DNA from: Takakia lepidozioides
Taxonomy: Eukaryota > Plantae > Bryophyta
Assembly (NCBI GenBank): GCA_030704615.1
Contig: CM060733.1
Coordinates: forward strand, 36,766,001 to 36,830,000
DNA: 64,000 nt
Reading direction: 5' to 3'
Shown: positions 26,301 to 36,981 of the stretch, piece after piece
Position numbering within the stretch: position 1 is the stretch's first letter
Layout of the letters: every line of letters begins with the position of its first letter
Notes under the pieces: generated by a model
The model's database searches: none
What the model was told of the DNA's origin: nothing
The model's input: the letters and a program-made list of their open reading frames with translations, nothing else
Position numbers and translations under genes: made by a program

Positions 26301-29300
26301 TGGTTGCTATGCTGCAACCTCTTGAGCAGTACTCCCTACCTGCTCAGTCAATGACAAGGCCTCATCCTGCCCCATCATCCCATCCTTGAGGACCTCCTCA
26401 ACCCGAGAAGAATCCCCAACCTCATCCATCACAGCCGCCTTGGCTGCCAACTCCCTCTGAACCTCGAGCACCTCCCACGTGTGCCATGGATGCATGCACC
26501 CGTGGTCCTCACCTGCTCGCCCCCACTCACTGCTTGTACCGTCTCGGTAGGCAGAGAGACCATTGAGGGAAGTGTACTCCGCACTCTGCGTTGCTCAGCT
26601 AGAGCCAAGCTGATAATCCAGGTCAAGCAATTGAGATCCATTGCTTGCCCCAACACTTGACGACGTGATGCCTCAGAAAGAGACGACACCGCCGTGGTAC
26701 CAGTGGTAAAACCATTGCCCGCTCACGCTCGTCAGCATTGGGTAGGCTCCACTAACTGCTGCAACTGAGCATCCCACAGGAGGCCAGGTCCACTATCCCG
26801 GAAAGCATGCGATCCTGGGAAGCTGAGCAGTGTAGGTAATGCTGCTCGTGGTTGACCCACCTTGTTGACCACTGCCAAAGGCGAACGGTCATCGTGTCTC
26901 ACACGCTGAGACTGCCTCCCTGTGTCCAGAATGTTATCCACTGTGAGATGTGCTGGCCGCTGCACCCATCAAATGCACGCTTGAGCAGTGCGGGTGGCAT
27001 CAAGTTAGTCCACCATAGCCGTGGACGATGAGCCCGTGACCCCACTGTAGCTGCATCTAGCAACACTGCTGACCCAAGCCACGACCGGACTTGATGCACA
27101 CTGGCCATCACCCTGGCCCGAGAATCGCCCATCAGTGGCACATTCTCCAAGATGTATGCTGGAGATACAGCTTGATGAAGCTGCAAGTGGCGCAAAACCC
27201 GCACCATCTCCCAAAACAGACCCGACCTCGAGTCTCGCAATCCATTGCCATGCCCGGCTGATGAATGCCCTTGGCAGGGCCAACCTGCCACTACCAGATC
27301 AATGGAGCCAACCCGCTCCAAATCCTGCGCCCCCAGCAACGAAATGTCTGCTGGCAAGGCCTGCTGATATCCACGAATTGCAGACACCGACAACAACTCA
27401 GGGTACCGCTGCACCAACTGAGCAACATGGCGAAGTGAAACGCGTCGTGCAGTCTCATCCCTCTCCACATACAGGTAACGCCGAACTCGTACACCTGCCT
27501 GTAACACAGCAGCCAATCCGGTGCTGATCCCGAACAAGTCCAGAAGACAAATGCCTTCATCCGGATACTGCCACACATAGGTGTGGTGTCCAATGGAGAC
27601 AATTGAGGTGGTCCTGGTGCAATCCCCACTCTCCTCTCCTCCTCTCCTGACGGTACAAAAGCCTCCACCCAGGCTTGTTGCACCCGTCGATCAGCATCCC
27701 GCTGCAAATCCTTGCTCGTGCCCCACAATGGAGTCTGAGCAACCATGGTAGGCAACTCCCATACCATACATGTCATCCTGCTCTCGGAGGTGGTACATCC
27801 TCTGAATGAGCATTGCCCTCAAGCAACTCTCTAGGCCAACTCACTGCCGCTGTGAATGCTGCTAGTGTCGGCATCTTGCCTCGCTGGGCAACCGCAACTC
27901 CTCCTATGAACGTCACAGGGAGCTGCACACGCCGGCCCTCCCCTGACTGCCATGCAGGCCTATAGGAAGCTGACTCCTCCCAAAAATCCAGGGTGAAGCC
28001 CATGGGGTACAACACTGCCCCACCAACCAGGACATCGTATGAGACTGCGTCTGTCACAATGGCCTTGGCTCGCATCACTGAGCCATCTGTAGGGTGATCC
28101 GGCCGTAGTCTGATAGCCAACTCACGCCGTGTCATGCCCCGAGCCTGCTCCGATCCTCCCAGAGACGTCTGTATCTGGAAAGGACAAGGCTCCATATCCG
28201 CCTCCGTGAGGCCCAAGCCTGCAATAGCAGCTCTGCCCAGCATCAATGGCTGAGCTCCCGAGTCCAACAAGACCCGCAGTGGCCGGTACCTTGCCTGCCG
28301 GTCCACTCAAACAGAAAATGCCATCCTGGTTGTCTAACATGACAACTCCAGGTGTCACCATGGCGCGCTCAATGGCTGGCCTAGCTGGCAGCTCCATCAA
28401 CCTGGCAGCTGCAGCTTGCCATGGCGCCGCCGTGGCAGTCTTGACCCTCAAATCCGAGGATCCCTCCGGCACTACACCTCCCACTATCTCCGCAGAAGAT
28501 GAAGTAACCTCCCCACTCTCACAGAGTGTAGCTGCCAGCCTGAACACCTCAGCTGGTCTTACCCCCGGCGTCGCAATCATGGTAGCCGAGAACAATGGAG
28601 CCTGGCACACAGATGTGGCCGCTCCTAGCAGCACACTAGCTGCCGTAGCCTTGGCAACACTAGGTAGTGGTGCTACCCGTGTAGCTCTCCCCAATGGCAT
28701 AGTAACCTCCGCCTCGGTAACAGTCGGGCGAGAACTAGGTGCCATGGATGGCGTCGACACTGTCTCCGCCAATGTGAATGACTGAGGAAGCCTAGCCTGA
28801 CGGCTTGCCTCCCCACGCTGTGGATCCAACTCCACCTCTGCACCTCGTGGCTCAGGAACTCGTGCTGCTCCTCGAGTCACGGCTGCAGCAGACTCCACCT
28901 GCACTAGTGGTAGTGCTGCTCCACACATGAATCCCATGCCTCCCATATCTCCTCCTCAGGAGCAGGAGGTGGACCATCCGGCCTTAGAGCCGGTACCACC
29001 TGAGCTGTAGCCATGGCAGCGAGCCTCTGCTCTAGCTGCTGAAGCCGGTTGGCCATGCCTTGGTCAACACCCTGACCTCCGCGTCCTTGGCCACGTTGAG
29101 CTTGCCCTTGGCCTCGTGGCTGGCCACCTCGTCCTCTCTGGGCTGCTCCACCTCGCCCCCGGCCACCATTGTTCCCTTGGAACTGGCCTGGGCGCAACTC
29201 AGGATGCAAACCATAACACTGGGCCTCTCCATGCCCGTGCTTGCCACAATGCCCCACACTGCAACTGTGCAGGCTGTGCATGTGCCGGCCCTTTGCCTCC

Positions 29301-30435
29301 CTCTGGGCAATCCTTCTTGACATGGGGTCCTCCACATGTCCAGCACACCACATCCGCCCGTTGTTGGCCAGCAAATGAAGGGAGAGACCCCTGCATCTGA
29401 GGTCCTCTCTGCCCTTCCCTGAGCTTCACCTGAGCCCCCTTGTTGCCTTGAGCACGTTGAGGTAGTGGTTGGCTAGGAGCACCACTACCCCGTGGTGTCT
29501 CCTTAGCAAATCCCACCATGACCACTCGTTCCTCCACCATGTTGAGCTCTATCCGCTCTGCCAGCAAAAACACATTTGCTAAGGTGGGTTGGGCCGCTTG
29601 TAGGAGAGTTGCATCCCGCACCCTTCTCCTCAGCTCCTTGTCCAATATCCCATACCAGAATTGGACTGCCTGAGCTTCCGTAACCCCTTGGGTTACATTT
29701 ATCAAGCGCCTCATGCGAGTGAAAGCCTCCCTCAAGCTCTCGGTCGGCTTCCGTTGGAACTCTTGCAAGCTCCGCAACTTCTCTGTCCTCACCCCTTGGT
29801 AGTTCCCTCTCAACTCTTCGAAGAACTCCACAACAGGGTTGAAGGCAGGCACGGGTGCTAGTGCTGGTGCGGTAGTGGCTTGGGTGGACGTCGTAGCTAC
29901 TGTACCACCAGTCCCACTGCTGCTTGCTGAAGCTGCCGGTGCAGCGGCAGGTGTAGCCACTGCCCTCGTGGCTCTAGTGCCCCTAGTGATGGAGACATAG
30001 TCGGGTGACCAGTACATCCTCCACTCCTCGATCTCAACCTCATGCCCCCGCCTGAACTCATGGTAATCATCCATAGGCGGCCCCTCAAGGTGCTGAAACA
30101 GCCCCTTTCCATGCCATGAAAGGCGTAAATAGTTGTGGATTGCGCATTTGCTGCAAATCACACCAACTATCAAACTCTTGGATAAAATCATCCAACTCGA
30201 TGGTGCCCACCGCCCCAGAGTACCTTCGTGGCCCCTTGGTAGCTCCATACATCTCCTCCATTGTGTCCCACAACAATGGCAAAGAAACAACTTGCACCGC
30301 CGGTATGAGTCCTCCTGATTCACAATCCGAATCAGAACCTTCCGTGGAAGACACAGGAGGTGAAGGTGGCCTACACACCTCGTCTCGTGTACCCACTAGT
30401 ATCGCTAGTGCTCGAACCGGCACTGTCCCCAGCAA
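23178..30435 (-). CDS. Element B gag-pol: gag-PR-C5 MTase-RT-RH-INT-PHD (frameshifted)
   Basis: CCHC knuckles (CWTCGGPHVKKDC), LLDSGA, LDLRSG / YIDD, TDHQPLKWL, DFAGP..TDQ, C-terminal PHD. Confidence 0.92.
26620..27560 (-). other. DNA (cytosine-5)-methyltransferase domain, DNMT3/DRM-like
   Basis: LLDLFG (I), VAGWPCQG (IV), ILENV (VI), RAHRPRLWWTN (VIII), RRQVLGQAM (X-like). Confidence 0.9.
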
Positions 30436-31094
30436 CTAGTGGCACCTCCGTGTTGACACTCAACCGGTCATGAACATGTCCCTAACCCCCTCTCCACAAG
30501 GTAACCGGGTAGAGAACCTGTTGCGGCTTATGGTTTGGAATACTAAGTTCCTAACATAGCCTACACCTGTACCTGCATCCACCGCAAGCACTCCTATGGT
30601 TGGCTGGTCATCACCTCCAACCTCACCACAGGAGAAACAATGATGGTCTGGCTGGTCATCACCCCAGCCTCACCATCGAGCATGCTCTAGGACTGGCCGG
30701 TGATCAAATCCGGACCAATCACCTATAAAAACAAGCGCCCACACAAAACTAGCATGGCGCACAGTCAAGCATGCAGGTATGGAGGGGATCCAAACACAAG
30801 AAATCAGAACGACAACTCCCCCACACCAAAAACAACTCCACGGTGTTGCTCCTGCAAGGACACCCCAGCCCAAACCCGGACTGACTCTTGCCTCCACCTA
30901 CGGAAAGGTCTTGGCCTAATGAGAGGGTGGAAACTACGAGGAAGAGAAGCTAAAGCACCTAACCCCAGCATGCCTCATCCCAACACTCTTCCTCTCCTCT
31001 CTTCCCTCACTTGCATGACCATGGGAATATCATGAAGATACTCCTCAAACCGCCCTCCACGAGCTTCAAAATTCGGCCTTCCAGACCACATGCC

Positions 31095-31535
31095 AGTCCT
31101 TAGGCAGTCCACCAGTGCCTCCACGAGTCAGCACAGGCCGTCCACAGGTCAACACGGGCCACCACAGACCAGCACAGGCCCACACAGCTCACTGGTCACA
31201 GCCGTCACAGTCCCACAGGCCACTGGGCACAGCAGCCACTTGTCACAGCCCCTCACAACAGCCCCTCACAGCCTCACACCTCAACAGCCCCTCACAGGTC
31301 TCACAATTGTCACAGCCCTCACAGCCCGCCTTCACAGGCCCGGGGCCACAGCCTTACTTGTCACAGCCCCTCACAGGCCGGCCTCAGGCACGGGCCCCTC
31401 ACAGCCCGCCCCCACACAGGCCCTGTCACAGCCCGCCCGTCACAGCGGGCCCACAGCCGCCGAACAGCCCGCCCGTCACAGGCCCAACAGGGTCTCACAA
31501 CAGGGGCCTTTTTTTTTATTGTGTCACAGCCGGCC
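31095..31535. repeat. CACAG(C/G)-rich short tandem repeats in the 5' UTR of B
   Basis: Repeated (T)CACAGCCC / CACAGGCC units. Confidence 0.75.
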
Positions 31536-33045
31536 AGTATGGCCGCTCTGGCAGTTTAGCCATTTCTCCAAGGGGTTTAGCCACGCCAAGCTAGGGTTTG
31601 TGTCTCTTGGACTCTAGGCTTCTTTCCGAGCTATGGTGGCTGTGAGGAAATCAGCAAGGTATCCTTGCTCTTTCGGCTCCCACACACCACCATAGTAGCC
31701 CTAAGCCATGAGGTGGTTGCCACAAACCAAGCCTTCTTTCTCACTTAGCCTCCCCAAACACCCACTAAACTCAATGGCAAACAACCAAGCCCTGCTGGTT
31801 CCCAGCCCTTGTGAGCACTCATTCAAGCACTCTCCTTGGCCATAGCATCTGTCTTAGAGCCTATTCCAGCCCTCTACACCTGTTGCTTCAAGAGTTGCGC
31901 TCCCTTCAAGCTTGAAGTTGAAACCCCAACTCACATAGGCCCTACAAGTGCTTTTCTTTCACTCCAAGTGGAAACCAGCCCTAGACCTTCCGTTCTAGCT
32001 CTCTAAGGCTTGAAAACAAGAGCCTCAATGGGCTGAAGGCATGCTCCACACATGCCCCACTCTCACCATAAGAGAATCAGCTCCTTTGCTTCATTTCTTG
32101 CACCCACAAACCTGAAAATACAAGCTTCAGCAGGCTGAAAGCATGCTCTACATGCCCTACAGGGAAACCAGCCCCTTCCTTCCTTTCTTGCACTCCCACA
32201 CCTAAAGTGCAAGCCTTCACCAGGCTGATAGCATGCTCCACACATGCATTGCCCTCACATAAGGGAAGTCAGCCCTTCCCTCTTCCTTGCTTGCCCTCCA
32301 AGCTTGAAGATGGAAGCTTCAATGAGCTGAATACATGCTCCACACATGCAACCTCTTCACACAAGAGATATCAGCCCCCTATCTTGGCTCCTTGGCTCCT
32401 TGATGCTCTCTAAGACAAGACTAAGCACTCCACAGCCTTTGCCAAGCTCCTGAAACCCTAAGGCTTATTTCCAGCCACAAGACACTTCTCTTGTGGTGCA
32501 AGAGCTCTTCTTCCAAGCTCTGAAACCCTAGGTGCACATTCCATGGCCTTGCCGCACCTCTTAGCTCCTGTTCCAGCCCTGCTCTTGCCATGACAAGAGC
32601 CCTCTCAATGCTGAAGCTCGAGATTGAAACCCAATCTCACCATACTCCACAAAGTGCACTGATTTGCCCCAAGCCAAATCAGCCCTTTCGCTTGGTCTTG
32701 CAATCCTTCACACAATGAAAGCTCGCATTCCCAAGTCCAGTTCTCAGCTTTGCCACCAAAGCCACTATAACCTGCTCTTGACTGGTCCTCTTCCCAATCG
32801 TGCTTGCTCATGCATGTACACAATCTGAAACCATCAAGGTGCTCTGGAATTACCTGCAGCATGGTGCTTTCATCTCTGAAGCTGAAGATCGAATGCCAAG
32901 GTCTACCACCTCGTAACCCACATCGCCTCCGCTTCTAACAACCAAGAGCTCCACGGTGCTCCTTGCATAACAACTTGGTTTCTCTCATTCTCAAGCAAAA
33001 ACCACAAGTGCTACAACTAACTCGTATCTGCACTCATAGATACGA

Positions 33046-33061
33046 GCTCATCTTTCTCGAG
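33046..33061 (-). promoter_or_regulatory. Non-tRNA PBS of B, complementary to its own LTR (self-priming type)
   Basis: GCTCATCTTTCTCGAG (33046-33061) is the exact reverse complement of 33226-33241. Confidence 0.75.
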
Positions 33062-33387
33062 TGATAAAGAAGAATAAACAAGCACAAGCTCATGCGAGCT
33101 CACAAAGCTGAAGCATAAACTCATGCATATATAACCTCATCACTCAAATACAAGTCAAGCCAAGTGCACCCCACGCCATGGGGAATCCACACTACGGCGC
33201 CATAGCTAGGCGCGGTGAGGCTCAACTCGAGAAAGATGAGCCTCCCGCGCTTGCCGTGAAGATAACCACTCCAGGGCCTAAATCTGCCTTGACCCCTGGA
33301 TTGACACTTGGGCCAATCCCAAATGTCAATATGTAAAAGCTAGCTATTTCCTAGCTAGTTTCACACTAGTGGTAAAATAACTTGACA
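33062..33387 (-). repeat. Element B 5' LTR segment (Y1)
   Basis: Near-identical to 22412-22738. Confidence 0.95.
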
Positions 33388-34504
33388 TTTGGAAGGAGAT
33401 GTTCATACCCGTTCAGTGAGACGAAGACTTGACGAGGCACCTGGCGGAGAAGAGGATTCATGGCGAGCTGACAAGAATATTCGCACGCTCCCTCGTGGTC
33501 CGGTGATGTTGTCCGAGGAGGTCTCGTCGAGCACCGGAAGTCCTGCACGTTCAAGATCGTCATCTCCTTTGAGCACAGGGCACGTGCCCTGGCAACATAA
33601 CGAGCCATCTGTAGTAAAGCAATACAACATTCCCATTGTGGAGACAAGAGTGTCGGAGTCACAGTGGAGAATTGCGAGGACATTGCCGGAATTTCGAGGG
33701 AAGTGTTGCGCCATCCGGGTGGATACGAGAGCACGCCGTTGGTGAGATGATTCGGAGGAACCCACACGGTGCTGTACCTGCACCTTGTTTCAGCGGCAGA
33801 TTTTTGACTCCCACATTTGCTCACGCCACAATGCAGACATTTTGGTTCTGTAGGCACGACATAATGACCTGTGTATTTGGCAAGCCCAAGTACGGGATTC
33901 AGGGAATGCCGGAGCCTCCGGGCGTCTGGCCTGTTGCACCGGGTTTGCAGCCTCTCTCAGAATGAGGCGGATGCTCTATCTGCAGCAGGATTTCGAATGG
34001 TGCAACGCACAGACATCCCGGCCCACGCATTTCCGGTTCCTCAGACCCAGCCATTGCAGACTGCTCGGTCCAGTAGAGACGGATTGGACAATTCTGCACA
34101 TCCCACAATGCGATTCGGAAGAGTGAAGAGACGACACCCTCCCAACAAGTTGAATGAGACTCGGATTGCCAATGCTCTTGGGATGGCTTGCACTATTCAG
34201 AGCTCCGTGGACGTACCCACCCCCACCCGGCCTTGGGCGTGTGTATCGGATGGCAACGGCCGGCTCGGCTGTACGCGACGATGTATACACAATTATGATT
34301 GGAGTGGAGCCGACTTGCAACTGTACGGACTTCTCGTTGATGGAAGCAAAGAAGGGTTCGAAGTATTATCCGTGCAAGCATCTGTATTACATTTACCTGA
34401 AGAGGTTGAGGATGAACGTGACTATTGATGACTTTATTCATGCACCGGCGTTGAGCGTGAACGAGCTGCACAAACTCCTCCTTAGGGATTCCAGAAATCA
34501 TTGA
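33388..34504 (+). pseudogene. MULE transposase C-terminal part with SWIM zinc finger
   Basis: PTCNCTDF...YYPCKHLYYI (CxC...CxH), stop at 34504. Confidence 0.85.
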
Positions 34505-34659
34505 TGGGGCAAACGGAATCCTCCATATGGATATTTTCAAATGCATTTTGCTGTATCAGACTTTTTTTTTGCAGTGTAATGAAATGCACCCCAAAACTCC
34601 TGGAATGAGGCAATATTCCATTCAAACTGAGATCCAACAGAAGCAGTTGTGGGGCCATT

Positions 34660-35015
34660 TCTGGAAAAATGGCGAATTTCTCTTTTGGGGCCGAAAACTT
34701 CGCTAAGTCCCAACATGCACTGGTACCTGAGTTTGGGAAAATGGCGCCGAATTTCTCTTTTTGGGGCCGAAAACTGGCTAAGTCCCAACATGCACTGGTA
34801 CCGTGTCTGGAAAAATGGCGCCGAATTTCTCTTTTTTGGGCCGGAACTGGCTAAGTCCGAACATGCACTGGAAAAATGGCGCCGAATTACCTGTCATGAG
34901 GGGACCTATAGCCGCGGAATTCGGCACCATTTTTCGCCAGACAGACCTATTGCTGCGAAATACGTCGTCGTTTTTTCAGGTTACGGACCCTATTACCGCG
35001 AAATTCGGCGCCATA
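34660..35015. repeat. Subterminal repeats of MULE-1 (GGAAAAATGGCGCCGAATTT / GGCTAAGTCC)
   Basis: About 70-bp units related to the 2650-3342 repeat. Confidence 0.8.
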
Positions 35016-35185
35016 TTTGCACATGTCGCTGGGAATTGGCATGAGCGGAAGACGAAATATCATGAGCACAACTGTCAAAAGTGCAATTTTCCCTTGAAGG
35101 GGCCGAATAATATATTTGTTTTTCCTGACACATTGCATTAAATTATTGTTTTTTATTGTTTTTTATTTTCGAAATTTGTACTTCT

Positions 35186-35270
35186 GCTCATGAAAACCGA
35201 TTGTGTTACTACTCTGCTCATGCCGCTCATGCCGCTCATGCCGCTCATGCTCATGAAATAGCAAACCTCC
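35186..35270 (-). repeat. Right TIR of MULE-1 with (CATGAGCGG)n
   Basis: Reverse complement GGAGGTTTGCTATTTCATGAGC..CATGAGCAGAGTAGTAA matches the start of MULE-2. Confidence 0.75.
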
Positions 35271-35414
35271 TACAGGAGTCACACCTTGTTAGAGGGCTAT
35301 TTGGGACTTAGACGCTTTTACGGGATCTGTGGGGTACCCTTAATTTTTACATAGATTGAGACCAACAGGAGCCTTAGGGGTGACAACAACAGGCTTAGGG
35401 AGGGAGATACACAA

Positions 35415-35740
35415 CCCGACACAGCCGTCATAGCCCATCACAGTCCAACACAGCCAGTCACAGCCAACACAGCCAATACAGCCCGTCACAGTCAGACACA
35501 GCCGTCATAGCCCGTCACAGTCCAACACAGCCAGTCACAGCCAACACAGCCCGTCATAGCCCGTCACAGTCCAACACAGCCAGTCACAGCCCGTCATAGT
35601 CAGACACAGCCATCACAGCTTCGCACAGTCGACACAGCCCAACACAGCCAATCACAGCCCGATACAGCCGCCACAGCTTTGCACAGCCCTACGCAGCCCG
35701 CCACAGCCTGATACAGCCAGTCACAACTCGGCACAGTTGG
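35415..35740. repeat. ACAGC-rich minisatellite in the LTR region of C
   Basis: Repeated CACAGCC / CATAGCC ~10-11 bp units. Similar tracts at 40600-40845, 44895-45135 and 49065-49240. Confidence 0.8.
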
Positions 35741-36318
35741 GGAACAGTTATCATTAGCAGGGAACGACGGTGGGGGAACGACATCTGAAAAAGGAACGTG
35801 TACTACAGGGATGACGGTTAGTTAGGAAAGCGGTTAGAACAGCTTGTAGGTAGAAAAAGCGAAGAGCGGGGAGGTCTAAAAATCACTTCTTGGTGGGGGA
35901 CTTCTGGCATCAAGGCTTGGAAATAGGGGGGAGAGATCATCTCTGAGTGGGAAGATGAAGAGCACGGAGTAGGAGAAGTGACGATCTATTGTTACTTGAT
36001 GAATGCAAGCTATAGAATTGTAATATAGAGTAGATTAGAGACACCATGGCTTTAGCCTGATACTTGAAAGATATTAATCTGATACATACTTCATACTCAC
36101 ACTGTGTAGAGAGACCTGAGTGAAGCTATGGAATGAATGGATGGAACTTGATAGATTTCTGAAGCAAACTGATACTTAATTGCAGATAGTAAGGTAACTC
36201 GCTAACATGAATGTGGGAAGGAGTACAAATAGGAAACACCCCCATAATACACTAGTTGTAGGTCACGACTGATTGTTTTGAGCGGGCTGAGTGCTTAGAG
36301 ATTTCCAACTCTTCTATC

Positions 36319-36960
36319 TTGGAGTTCCCACCTCGGATAGCGAAGGGATGGGTGAGTAAAAGCCGCTCGACATTTGGCGACCATACTGGGGAACTAAGTC
36401 TTGAACAACCAGATGTGTCAGGCATCTGGTGGGATCATGGTGGTTGGAGAATTAAAGAATTTGATGTGAATCAAATTCCCTGTGAAACTGAGAAGGAAAG
36501 ATTGTCCAAACGATTCTTTCAGAGGTTCTTGGAATTGCCAGACGGTTGCAAAGAAAACATTCTTAAAAGAGTGCAAGATGTTGACTCTGAATGGGGTCTG
36601 GAGAAAGGAGTGATAAAGATTTATCAGGTGGCCTGTAGAGGAAGAGCACGTTGGTTACCAACACTGGTTTATGTGATAGCATTGCTATCCATTAAGCGAG
36701 TAGAGTTTGAAGGCTGGGAGGAAAGAAAGGTGAATGTTTATACCCATATGCATGAAGAGCTTGTACTGGTAAAGAATTGGATTCCAAAGGATATTTTGTG
36801 GATCAAACTCACACTAAGAACAGCTTTCCAGACTTGTTTGCCATATGGTTATATGGTAACGGAGACTTCTAGTATAGCCAAGGGTGCATTGAAGCTTGAA
36901 AGAAACCCAGGCATATATGAGAGATATTACAGAAGAGAGTTTTGGTTATTGCCACATTAA
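36319..36960 (+). CDS. Extra 5' ORF of element C, unknown function
   Basis: About 200 open codons between the PBS and gag with globular-looking composition; no clear ATG. Confidence 0.4.
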   Translation: MEFPPRIAKGWVSKSRSTFGDHTGELSLEQPDVSGIWWDHGGWRIKEFDVNQIPCETEKERLSKRFFQRFLELPDGCKENILKRVQDVDSEWGLEKGVIKIYQVACRGRARWLPTLVYVIALLSIKRVEFEGWEERKVNVYTHMHEELVLVKNWIPKDILWIKLTLRTAFQTCLPYGYMVTETSSIAKGALKLERNPGIYERYYRREFWLLPH

Positions 36961-36981
36961 AGGAAATGAAAGACATGGGAC

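Larger units (their letters stand above)
22234..33387 (-). mobile_element. Ty3/gypsy LTR retrotransposon B with C5-MTase and PHD finger, split-LTR layout, 4-bp TSD TTTG
   Basis: TGTC...GACA ends. TTTG at 22230-22233 and 33388-33391. Removing the element restores GQHL-EGDVH. Confidence 0.95.
1..35270 (+). mobile_element. MULE-1: Mutator-like DNA transposon carrying a ParB-MTase cargo gene (left end outside window), with two nested LTR elements
   Basis: MULE-type transposase at 8569-34504. Right terminus ...CTCATGAAATAGCAAACCTCC (35270) is the reverse complement of a sequence resembling the MULE-2 start. The same GGCGCCGAATTT motif family occurs at 2650-3342, 6840-8275 and 34660-35015. Confidence 0.8.

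Noticed and set aside
22234-33387. DIRS/Ngaro/PAT tyrosine-recombinase element, suggested by split direct repeats and a methyltransferase
   Set aside because: It encodes an aspartic protease and a DDE integrase, has a 4-bp TSD, and shows no tyrosine recombinase motifs.
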